Origin: an uncultured Candidatus Saccharibacteria bacterium
GTDB taxonomy: Bacteria > Patescibacteriota > JACMRA01
NCBI GenBank assembly: GCA_964434775.1
Contig: CAYSWH010000005.1
Span: 2,706-66,705, forward strand
Direction of reading: 5' to 3'
Length of the DNA: 64,000 nucleotides
The notes below the pieces were generated by a model that searched no databases, had not been told where the DNA came from, and saw nothing but the letters and a program-made list of their open reading frames with translations. A program made the position numbers and the translations under genes. Numbering within the stretch: position 1 is the stretch's first letter; every line of letters begins with the position of its first letter. Of the stretch, positions 14,452 to 22,824 are shown piece after piece.

Positions 14452-17409
14452 CTACCCATTAAACCCCTTATAAATTTCAAACAACCACTCCACCCTCTCT
14501 ACATCGTCTTTGAAGCTGGTTTTTTTGGAAAACACCCCGTCAACCTTACGGTTGCCACCCCTCAAGAGGGGAATTGTCTGTAGGTAAGCTTCATCTACGG
14601 CTTTGTCCAATATCTGGTGAGCTTTGGTAAGTTCCGGTGGCATGGCTAAGGGGTCGTAGAGGTCGGCTAGGCTGGTATCTTTAAATTTGGCTCTGATTTC
14701 CAAAACCTCCTTTGCACATTTTTCTATTTTGGTTTTTAGATTCTCATTTTTGAGTTCTGGTTTATTTGGGATTTCACCGTCCACGCCTGACCATGGGAAG
14801 TTGTTGTAAACTACTAGATTTGAATAGCGATAATCAGATTTCATTCTTCCACAGGTATATTTTACCCAAGCCATATGCATTTTTGAAGTTAAGACTCCAA
14901 AGTGATAAAGATTTACATTTGGAACAATCAAACAAGTATCTCCAGCAATAAAATTAGACTGGAATAAACTTATTGGTATGTATTTTCTTCTTTCTGAACT
15001 AACTCTAGGAATTAAGATATAATCTGTATCAGGTTGTCTAATTTCTCCAAAAAGCATTGGAAATTCTCCTAATTTTCTGGTTGCTTCTCGACTACTTGAT
15101 AATCTCAATTCTTTAACTTTTTCTACTCTTTCCATAACTAACGGAAGTTTTTTGAGTTCGGTCGGCAAAACATCTTTTAGCCATAAACACCACCTATTCT
15201 GTCCGTTTAGGTATTCCTTAGCACTCAAAAGTGGTTTGATATATTTCTCTGCTTCTGGCTCTTTGGCTATAAATTCTTGTTTTTCTTGCTCTGTAAACAA
15301 AAAATTACCTCCATCGTTTGGCATGTTTCCAAAAACAATTTCAGGCACATTACAAATTGGCTTGCTCCTTTTGGTTATCACCACATTATCCGCTTCCACC
15401 AAATACGGATTGATATTTTTGACGGTTTTGGGGACTGGTTCGGCTTTTAAATCTGGGTAGGTGAAGAGGATTTTTGGTTGCGATGAAAATGGCGATGAGG
15501 GCATCGCCTCTACGGAGGATGCTACTCTAAACCCAATAATAATTACGGTTACTTGGGCTTTTCCTCGTGCCTCACTTGTCCAGCTAAAACTCTTGTGAGC
15601 AAATTTAATCTCCACCCCAAACCGTTTAAACATCTCGCCCCAAAGTATTCCCACCTGTTCACCTTGACTAATCGAATTAGTGGATACAAAAGCCGCTTCA
15701 ATTTTTGGATTTTGATTTAATAGCTCCCCAGCCTTGATATACCAAGCGGTTACATAATCCATAACTCCAGCACCATTCACCCCACTAAAAATTTCTTTCA
15801 TCTCGTTTCGTTGCTCTTTAGATTGAAGCCGTGAACCCACAAACGGAGGATTGCCGATGATGTAGATTTGTTGATTTTGCCAATTTTGTTGTAGAGGCGA
15901 ACCTGTTTCGCCATTATGGAGGGATAGACCCTCCGCTACAGAATCGTTGTTCGTCATCAAATTCTCCAGTCCAGCCAAATTTCCTTTTGGCGAATAATTG
16001 CCGTTTAGCACTTCCTCCCAGCTAACTTTTAAGGCATTTTCATGAACTATAGTTGCCTGTTTTTTTAGAGGAATACGGACAAAATACTGACCCAGATCTT
16101 TAGAAAGTTCTATATTAGCAATGTGATCCATCAGCCACAGAGCAGTTTCAGCGATTTTGGCAGGAAATTCCTCTATTTCAATTCCATAAAATTGATCAAC
16201 ATCAACTACAGAAAACAAAGAGGAATCTAAGGCTTCAGATCCATTTTTGTTTAAAAGTTTGATAACTTCCAATTCCAAATTTCGAATTTCTCGATAAGTT
16301 ATAACCAAAAAATTTCCACAACCACAGGCAGGGTCAAAGAATTTTAATTTTCCAAGTTTTTTGTGAAATTCCTTTAGCTTGTTTATATTCTTTTTACTCT
16401 TTTCAAATTCTTCCCAAAGATCATCCAAAAATAATGGCTTGATAGTTCTAAGAATTATTTTCTCTTCAGTGTAATGAGCTCCAAAACTTCTTCTTTTGTC
16501 TTTGTCCATGACGTATTGAAACAGTGAGCCAAAAATGGCAGGGCTAATTCCAGACCAATTGAATTTGCAAGCTTTGATCAAAGTTTGTCTCATTTTGGAA
16601 TCAAACTGTGGAGTTTCCATATTTCTAGCGAAAGCAAAAAGACCTCCGTTAATGTAGCAAAACCTAGCCAAATCTTCATCCAAATTTTTTAATCTTTCCT
16701 CTTCAGGTTTGTTTAAAATCTCAAAAATATATTTAATTTGAGAACCTAAATCACTACCATCCTTATTAGTCCTATTGATTAAATAGTCTGTAAAAATCGA
16801 CTTTTCAAAAATATTTGTATCTTCAGCAAAAAGAATAAAAAGCAGTCTAACCAAAAAAATCTCCAAATCATGTCCATGATAACCAACCTCAAACAAATCA
16901 TCGTGAATTTGCCCCATCAATTCAGCAGCCTGAATATTCACCATCTCCTGATTTTCATGAATTGTAGAGATTTGCCCACCCATGAACTTAAAACTGTCAA
17001 GATGTTCAGGTAAATTTTCAGTTTTTATTTCTAAAACTTTACCTGCCTGTTTATCTTCTAATCTTATATTTTCAAAATCTGAAACGATTGCGTAATTTGG
17101 ATATTCTTCATCACTCAAATCAACCAAATATTCACTACTTTGGGTTTGAGCTTTGTCCAAATCTTCCCCTTTTGATTTATGTTCACAAATCAAAATACCA
17201 GGCCAAAAAACATCGATAAAACCTCCTTTTTTATTCCCTAATCTTTGGGTATATTTTTCAAAGTCAGCCACTCTTTTTCTTTCAATTCCAAAGATATGAA
17301 AAAACTCATTCCAAAAAGTATCTTTTTCGGCTCGTTCCCGACTTTCATCTTTCCAATCATTAGCAAATTTAATCGCTCTACTTTTGATTTCGTTTGGAGA
17401 AATAGGCAT
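14452..17409 (-). CDS. MmeI-family type IIL/IIG restriction-modification enzyme (nuclease + N6-adenine methyltransferase + TRD)
   Basis: N-terminal nuclease motif D-X9-E-X-K in GFIDVFWPGILICEHKSKGEDLDKA. Methyltransferase motif I is FFDPACGCGNFLV and motif IV is IIGNPPFVGS. The ~985-aa length includes three in-frame REP-derived inserts. Confidence 0.8.
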   Translation of the reverse strand: MPISPNEIKSRAIKFANDWKDESRERAEKDTFWNEFFHIFGIERKRVADFEKYTQRLGNKKGGFIDVFWPGILICEHKSKGEDLDKAQTQSSEYLVDLSDEEYPNYAIVSDFENIRLEDKQAGKVLEIKTENLPEHLDSFKFMGGQISTIHENQEMVNIQAAELMGQIHDDLFEVGYHGHDLEIFLVRLLFILFAEDTNIFEKSIFTDYLINRTNKDGSDLGSQIKYIFEILNKPEEERLKNLDEDLARFCYINGGLFAFARNMETPQFDSKMRQTLIKACKFNWSGISPAIFGSLFQYVMDKDKRRSFGAHYTEEKIILRTIKPLFLDDLWEEFEKSKKNINKLKEFHKKLGKLKFFDPACGCGNFLVITYREIRNLELEVIKLLNKNGSEALDSSLFSVVDVDQFYGIEIEEFPAKIAETALWLMDHIANIELSKDLGQYFVRIPLKKQATIVHENALKVSWEEVLNGNYSPKGNLAGLENLMTNNDSVAEGLSLHNGETGSPLQQNWQNQQIYIIGNPPFVGSRLQSKEQRNEMKEIFSGVNGAGVMDYVTAWYIKAGELLNQNPKIEAAFVSTNSISQGEQVGILWGEMFKRFGVEIKFAHKSFSWTSEARGKAQVTVIIIGFRVASSVEAMPSSPFSSQPKILFTYPDLKAEPVPKTVKNINPYLVEADNVVITKRSKPICNVPEIVFGNMPNDGGNFLFTEQEKQEFIAKEPEAEKYIKPLLSAKEYLNGQNRWCLWLKDVLPTELKKLPLVMERVEKVKELRLSSSREATRKLGEFPMLFGEIRQPDTDYILIPRVSSERRKYIPISLFQSNFIAGDTCLIVPNVNLYHFGVLTSKMHMAWVKYTCGRMKSDYRYSNLVVYNNFPWSGVDGEIPNKPELKNENLKTKIEKCAKEVLEIRAKFKDTSLADLYDPLAMPPELTKAHQILDKAVDEAYLQTIPLLRGGNRKVDGVFSKKTSFKDDVERVEWLFEIYKGFNG
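15491..15513 (-). repeat. REP element inserted in-frame in the MmeI-like gene
   Basis: GGCGATGAGGGCATCGCCTCTAC, the same 23-mer as 11138-11160. It is translated as SVEAMPSSPFSS. Confidence 0.8.
15891..15939 (+). repeat. REP doublet (REPIN-like inverted pair) inserted in-frame in the MmeI-like gene
   Basis: GTAGAGGCGAACCTGTTTCGCC-ATTAT-GGAGGGATAGACCCTCCGCTAC, which is GTAG-hairpin ... hairpin-CTAC. It is translated on the minus strand as VAEGLSLHNGETGSPL, 13 codons upstream of NPPF. Confidence 0.75.
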
Positions 17410-17600
17410 GTCCCAAAATTCTTTAGAAGTTTTGAATTTTAGACAAGTTTAAAAGGTGAGTGAAGAATTTGAAAAGCAGAAGCTTTCCTCTACGGATTTT
17501 ATTTTTAAAAACCACCCTGTCAAAATGGCAAGGCAGGCCTACCTCTACGACCACTTCTTAGTCTTGAAACCGCAAGGGTTGTGTTGCGGGATGATTAGGT

Positions 17601-17897
17601 GATTAGAATTTTAATTTATAGTCTATCCGAATATAACCTATACATGCTTGTTACGGCGATCTTGTTTCGGCATCTCTTTCGAGAGTAGATCCTGAAATAA
17701 TAATTGTCATTCCGAACTTGTTTCGGAATCTCTTTCGAATAGATCCTGAAATAAATTCAGGATGACGGGGCAGTTTTGGTTTTCAGGATGACTGTGTGGT
17801 AAATTCAGGATGACGGGATAGCAAATTCAGCATGACCATTTGGCAATTGACGGAGTAAAATTTGGAATTGTCTAGATTTAAGAGGGGCTATATCTCA
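17601..17897 (+). repeat. Repeat cluster A: a third REP-like family ((G/A)TAGATCCTGAAATAAATTCAGGATGAC), a tandemly duplicated ~57-bp unit, and 4-5 copies of TTCAGGATGAC at 22-26 bp spacing
   Basis: Units at 17655-17711 and 17712-17766. TTCAGGATGAC occurs at 17756, 17782 and 17804, with TTCAGCATGAC at 17826. The 5' and 3' parts align with 20028-20186. Confidence 0.75.
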
Positions 17898-18010
17898 AGA
17901 AATAACGAGTTCCATCAAAACCTTTATCCAAAGAGGATCAAAAGGATGCCGCCGGCGCGAGTAATCAGGCCAATATGGGTATCATCAAGTTTGTTTTTGA
18001 TTATTATATG
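17895..18010 (-). pseudogene. Diverged, frameshifted 3' fragment of a LysE-family gene
   Basis: The minus strand reads ..KNKLDDTHIGLITRAGGILLILFG*, compared with ..KSKLLPKHITLITRLGGIFLILFGIKVLMELIIS* in the intact gene at 8063. There is a 1-nt deletion relative to 8085-8095, and the same junction motif GCTATATCTCA abuts it. Confidence 0.7.
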
Positions 18011-18127
18011 CAAGTAAATTAGTTAAATTAAGTACCGCGGAGCAGAATAGAAGTGTAACTCCATTTTGTAAGGCTCGTTGACTTACTTAATCTTTGGATT
18101 AAAAATGTTAAACCCGGTCTTGACTGA

Positions 18128-18529
18128 ATGTGGCTGGAGGTCTATCAAGTTTATATGCTTGATAATCGAATTATTCTCTCAGGTTTATGGGTAGCGGTTA
18201 TGCTTGTCTACCTTCTTGGAGACGTACTCAGGATTTTTAGCGAGGATTACAACACCGGAAAAATGGGTGAGGACAAAAAAAAGATTACTAAATCTATGTG
18301 GTTGGGTATCTCTTTTTTGATGGTTTTGCCCATTATCATGATGGTTTTTTCGTTAATCCTGGATTATCAACTAATCAGATGGACAAACATTGTCCTAGCC
18401 GGATTTTTCTTTCTTTTTAACCTCGTAGGTCTACCAACTTACCCTTCGGCTTACGATAAATTTTTGTTGGTGGTGAGCATGGTTTTTAACGGGATGACTA
18501 TTTGGTACGCCTGGACTTGGATTATTTAG
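18128..18529 (+). CDS. Small integral membrane protein (4 predicted TM segments), unknown function
   Basis: Hydrophobic segments alternate with short loops. No motif was recognised. Confidence 0.5.
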   Translation: MWLEVYQVYMLDNRIILSGLWVAVMLVYLLGDVLRIFSEDYNTGKMGEDKKKITKSMWLGISFLMVLPIIMMVFSLILDYQLIRWTNIVLAGFFFLFNLVGLPTYPSAYDKFLLVVSMVFNGMTIWYAWTWII

Positions 18530-18750
18530 TTTTTATTTTTGGTCCGAACTGAACCAGCCCATTTCTAAGCCTAATTATATTACCCGTCTTTCGATCAGGA
18601 AAAACAGGGTTTTTGTTATTCAAAGACAAACAGAGCTATCTTGTTCTTAATTTTCTTTCCTTGTAACAGCATTAATTGATAAAGAGCCATGGATGATATT
18701 TGTAAATATAAGAAATATTCTGAATTATTTACGGATAAAACCCAAACAAA

Positions 18751-19704
18751 CTACTCCCCAAGCAATAAGCTGAAAATAGCCATCCTGGCCCATAGTCCGT
18801 TAGCAGCTTGTTCAAAGTAAATGGCTCTTGGATCCTTGTCGATTGTCGGGTGTATTTCCGGTTTGATTTTGGAATCAATGGGAAGCGGACTCATTATCAG
18901 AGCTTTACTACTGCCCAAGGTTTTTTTATCAAGTTGATACACCCCGTTTTGATATCTTTCCTTGTCTTCTTTATCCATTCTTTCCAGCTGGGGCCTGGTG
19001 GAGTAAATTACGTCCAAATCGGCAATTTCTTTTTTAAGGTTTTCCATTTTACCTTCTTGATAATCAATTTCACACTCGCTAAGTTCTTCTTTCGCATGTA
19101 AACTTGCCGGAGCAATAAACTTCATTTTGACTTCGTATAACTTAAGAAGTTTTGCCAAAGACTTAACCGTTCTCCCGTGCTTGATATCTCCTACAAAGCC
19201 TATTTTGAGACTTTTCAGATCACCAAATCTTTGTTTGAGAGTGAACAGATCCAATAAGGCCTGAGTGGGATGCTCATTACTTCCGTCTCCACAATTTACC
19301 CAACTGATTTGAGAAAAATTTTCGGCAGCAAAACTTGGAATGAAGGGGATATGAGTACGTAGAGCGATAAAATCCGGCTCATAACCGGCATACATTTGTA
19401 GAGTATGTTCCAGCGTCTCCCCCTTTTGAATTGAGCTGTCCTGTGTACCAACCACTGTAACAATCCCGCCTCCCAGCTTGAGCCAAGCAGTTTCCGTGGA
19501 CACTCTAGTCCTGGTGGAGTTGGCCCAAAAAATTGAATACAGGACCTTCCCTTCAGCTATTCTGCTGTACTTCTTGGAATTCTTTTTGATCGACGTGGCC
19601 CTTTTTAAAAATGTTTCTAAGGCTTTGGTTGAAAATTGCTCTATAGAAACCAGACTGTTACCCTTAAAATCTTTCTTTGAGTTGATTTTACGTATTTCCA
19701 CCAT
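18751..19704 (-). CDS. pyrB: Aspartate carbamoyltransferase catalytic chain
   Basis: Motifs STRTR (WANSTRTRVSTE), HPTQALLD, HGRTVKSL and SPLP. The track ORF extends to 19791, but the ATG at 19704 (MVEIRKIN) gives a normal N-terminus. Confidence 0.8.
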   Translation of the reverse strand: MVEIRKINSKKDFKGNSLVSIEQFSTKALETFLKRATSIKKNSKKYSRIAEGKVLYSIFWANSTRTRVSTETAWLKLGGGIVTVVGTQDSSIQKGETLEHTLQMYAGYEPDFIALRTHIPFIPSFAAENFSQISWVNCGDGSNEHPTQALLDLFTLKQRFGDLKSLKIGFVGDIKHGRTVKSLAKLLKLYEVKMKFIAPASLHAKEELSECEIDYQEGKMENLKKEIADLDVIYSTRPQLERMDKEDKERYQNGVYQLDKKTLGSSKALIMSPLPIDSKIKPEIHPTIDKDPRAIYFEQAANGLWARMAIFSLLLGE

Positions 19705-20027
19705 AGCAGTATTTTTCCAATAATAGGTAAGATGCCTTGAAATGTCAATTAAATTGGCAACTTTGGTCTGCAGGTTAAAGAACCAAGCCAATACTTACGA
19801 TTACAGCAGTTCCATATATTAGTAAACCTAAATCTACGATTACGAAGGAAATTTGGCAGCAATTTGAAATACTAATTTGAGAAATTTCACCCTGAATCAT
19901 TTCAGGGTCGTTTTGTTTGAAGTCACTGGATTCAATGGCAGATTTGAAATGATAATCATAAAGAATTGGCGTCTAGAAAAACTAATTATCCATGCTTATG
20001 AATAAGTCAAAGACGGCGTGAAGGTTT

Positions 20028-20186
20028 GATTAGTTATAGTCTATCCGAATATAACCTATACACCTGTCACGGCGAACTTGTTTCGACATCTCTTCGAATA
20101 GATCCTGAAATAAATTCAGGATGACCGATTGGCAAGTGACGGAGTGGAATTTGAAAATGTCTAGGTTTAAGAGGAGTTAGCTATAC
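20028..20186 (+). repeat. Repeat cluster B (single-unit version of cluster A)
   Basis: GATTAGTTATAGTCTATCCGAATATAACCTATAC...GAATAGATCCTGAAATAAATTCAGGATGAC...ATGTCTAGGTTTAAGAGG..GCTATAC aligns with 17601-17897. More degenerate related hairpins lie at 19850-20020. Confidence 0.75.
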
Positions 20187-20277
20187 AAGAACTTAACTGA
20201 CAAATTTTTTTACGAAAAAAGGATTCGAGTCGACTCCCGTTATAAACAATAATTCAGTGTATCCAACCAATGAACGC

Positions 20278-21288
20278 TTATTTAGACGTCATAAAGTATT
20301 TTTTGAGAAAGTAGTTAAAAAAAGGTTTTTGTAGAAAGGGAAATGTATCAAAGAGCCAGAGGAGTCTTTCTTGGTATTTTTTGTATTTTAGGATTTCCTT
20401 AAGTTTCTCAAAATTATAATTTTCGTCCAAAATGTGTTTTGCTACATCTACACTGCTGGTCATGGCAAAGGCAATTCCTTCCCCGGTAGGAGCGGAAGTT
20501 AACCCGGCAGCTTCGCCGACCAAATATTTATTCCCGAAGTGGTGACCCTGATAAAGACAGTTAACAGGCATCCCTTCAATCTTTCCTTTGGAATAGTCAA
20601 CTCCGAATTTGTCCAAATAATCATTTAATATCTCTCTGGCTTTTTTGGAAGAAGTAATTAATTTGGGATTATAGTAAATTCCGGCAGATAACTTGTCTTT
20701 GAGCGGGAATATCCAGACGTAACTGGTTTTCATTTTGTCAAAATCAATTACCCAGAGAAATTCTTTGTAATCCATATCCGGAATGATGTATTGCATTCCT
20801 TGAAAGAGCCGATTTTCCAGTCTCAGAAAACGTCTAACCATGGAAGTAGAGCCGTCGGCATCGATCAGATATTTATAAAAAATTTTCTTGGTTTCCTTGT
20901 TTTCATTGATTAAAATATAGTCTTCGTGGACCTCTTTTGCCGTAGTCTTGTTTCTCACTTCAATGTTATTATACTGCTCAAGTTGTTTGAGTTGGAATTG
21001 CCCAAGGTCACCCCTATCTACAGTACTTATCGGATAATCAGCATAGAATTTTTTACCCCCAACTTCAAAGTACTGTCTTTCAAAATCTCTAACCCTATCT
21101 TCCGGCAAATCAAATTCCTTATCCCACTCAGTGAGGCCACCGGCACAAGTTTTAGGTCCAATAACCTCTTTTCTATCGATTATCAAAACTTTTTTGTCCG
21201 AACCGCCCAGTGTTTTGGCAGCATTTAAACCACCGGGACCGGCACCGATAATAACTACATCAAAATTCTCCGAAACAACTTCCGCCAT
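20278..21288 (-). CDS. Geranylgeranyl reductase-family FAD-dependent oxidoreductase
   Basis: N-terminal dinucleotide-binding motif DVVIIGAGPGGLNAAKTL, then KTCAGG and DADGSTSMVRR. The ~336-aa length is typical of the GGR family. Confidence 0.65.
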   Translation of the reverse strand: MAEVVSENFDVVIIGAGPGGLNAAKTLGGSDKKVLIIDRKEVIGPKTCAGGLTEWDKEFDLPEDRVRDFERQYFEVGGKKFYADYPISTVDRGDLGQFQLKQLEQYNNIEVRNKTTAKEVHEDYILINENKETKKIFYKYLIDADGSTSMVRRFLRLENRLFQGMQYIIPDMDYKEFLWVIDFDKMKTSYVWIFPLKDKLSAGIYYNPKLITSSKKAREILNDYLDKFGVDYSKGKIEGMPVNCLYQGHHFGNKYLVGEAAGLTSAPTGEGIAFAMTSSVDVAKHILDENYNFEKLKEILKYKKYQERLLWLFDTFPFLQKPFFNYFLKKYFMTSK

Positions 21289-21525
21289 AAATCAAAAAAA
21301 AATATATTAAACAAGTAAAATAATTGTTTTCATTATAAAAATTTGCCTATCCGGTAATTTTGTCAAGGGTGCTTATACAGATAAAAAAGATATTTTTAAG
21401 AGTTAGAAATTTTACTAAACCAAATTTTGTTTTATGACTAAAACATCCGAGAATACTTAATTTTTCAGAAAATAACCAGGGTTGATTAAATTTCTTTTTT
21501 CCTGAAATCTTATGAAGAAACTATT

Positions 21526-22818
21526 ATGGAGTATTATTTTATTAGTGACTTACATATTGGCGGTGACAGCTTTCTGCATAAATGCCAATTTGAAGAAGAG
21601 CTGATACGGTTTTTGAAATTCCTGGAGAAGGATAGACAAGACTTAGAATTAATTTTGGTGGGTGACACCTTCGGTCTCTGGGAAATGACCGAAGAGGAAG
21701 GAGTTAATAAGCTAAAAACCATCATTGAAACCCACCCCTTGCTTTTCAAACAATTCCGAGAAAGCGGAAAAAAATATCAAATAACTATAATTCCCGGAAA
21801 CCATGATCATGACCTGGCTTGTTTCCCGAAGTTCGTCGATTTGCTAAGTGAATACAATCTTAATTTAATTCAAAAACCTCATATTCTCAGGAAATTGGAG
21901 GAGGTAAAAATATGGATTGAGCACGGCAGTCAATATGACGAATTTAACCGAACTCCGGATTTTGGAAATGCTTACGCCCACCCTCTCGGATATTGGGTAA
22001 CTTCACTGATCGTTTCAGCAGCCGCCAAAAGAGCCAGGCTTGTTAAACACAAATGGATCAAGGATATTCAATCCGTATATCCGGGAGAGCTAATTCCCCA
22101 CTGGTTTTTATCCAATTATTTTTATAAAGAAATGAGTCTTTGGCTCAAAATTATCTTCTACCCTTTTGTTTTCTTGATATTTATGATAATTCTGGCTTTT
22201 TTCTTTGTAGCTTTGGAGCAAACTCCTTTATTTGACATTGATTTAATCAGACAATCTGCCGGCTGGCTCGGCTTTCTTAGCAACCTGGCAGAATTGCTCA
22301 CAGTTATAGCCATTTACTATCTGTTTGCCCTACTCTTAGTCTCACTTCCGATTTTCTTGATACTTCTGGATCTGAGACAAACTCTCAAAAGATACGGACT
22401 CACCGGGTTTTCTACTTTTAAAAAAGTTAAGCATGAAGAATATCGAAAGGCTGCCGGAAAAATCTTTGCTGAAAACAAAGAAGTGCAAATATTTGTTTAT
22501 GGTCACACACATATGCCTTCGCTTACCGTAAAAAACAATAGAATAGCCATAAACACGGGTACTTGGGTAAAATACCTGCATAGAATACCTGCCAAAGTAT
22601 TTTTTCTTCCGGATATTTACTATCCAACTTACAATCTTAACTATTTTAAAGTGACCAAAGAGAAGAAGAATATCGTAGTTGAATACCACTCCATCTCCAA
22701 AGAGTTTGATATTCGGGAGGATTTGACCTTTTTGCAAAGAAGGCTAATTACTCAAAAAAACATTACCAAATTGCGTTCTAAAGTTCCTTCAAGAACTACT
22801 ATTCCAGTTAAAAACTAA
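21526..22818 (+). CDS. Calcineurin-like metallophosphoesterase with an internal membrane-spanning insertion
   Basis: ISDLHIGGD, GDTFGLWE, GNHDHD and GHTHMP motifs. Three to four hydrophobic helices lie between the third and fourth motifs. Confidence 0.7.
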   Translation: MEYYFISDLHIGGDSFLHKCQFEEELIRFLKFLEKDRQDLELILVGDTFGLWEMTEEEGVNKLKTIIETHPLLFKQFRESGKKYQITIIPGNHDHDLACFPKFVDLLSEYNLNLIQKPHILRKLEEVKIWIEHGSQYDEFNRTPDFGNAYAHPLGYWVTSLIVSAAAKRARLVKHKWIKDIQSVYPGELIPHWFLSNYFYKEMSLWLKIIFYPFVFLIFMIILAFFFVALEQTPLFDIDLIRQSAGWLGFLSNLAELLTVIAIYYLFALLLVSLPIFLILLDLRQTLKRYGLTGFSTFKKVKHEEYRKAAGKIFAENKEVQIFVYGHTHMPSLTVKNNRIAINTGTWVKYLHRIPAKVFFLPDIYYPTYNLNYFKVTKEKKNIVVEYHSISKEFDIREDLTFLQRRLITQKNITKLRSKVPSRTTIPVKN

Positions 22819-22824
22819 TATGCT

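Noticed and set aside
17410-17600. Degenerate ..CCTCTAC motifs with weak stems (17470-17505 and 17530-17555) upstream of the MmeI-like gene as additional REPs.
   Set aside because: The stems are only ~5 bp with bulges. They are suggestive of decayed REPs but too weak to annotate individually.
17750-17855. The periodic TTCAGGATGAC repeats (4-5 copies, 22-26 bp period) raised the possibility of a CRISPR array.
   Set aside because: The repeat is only ~11-14 nt and the spacers only ~10-13 nt. There are no cas genes in the window, and the repeat is the 3' arm of the neighbouring REP-like hairpin. I interpret it as a tandemly amplified REP fragment.
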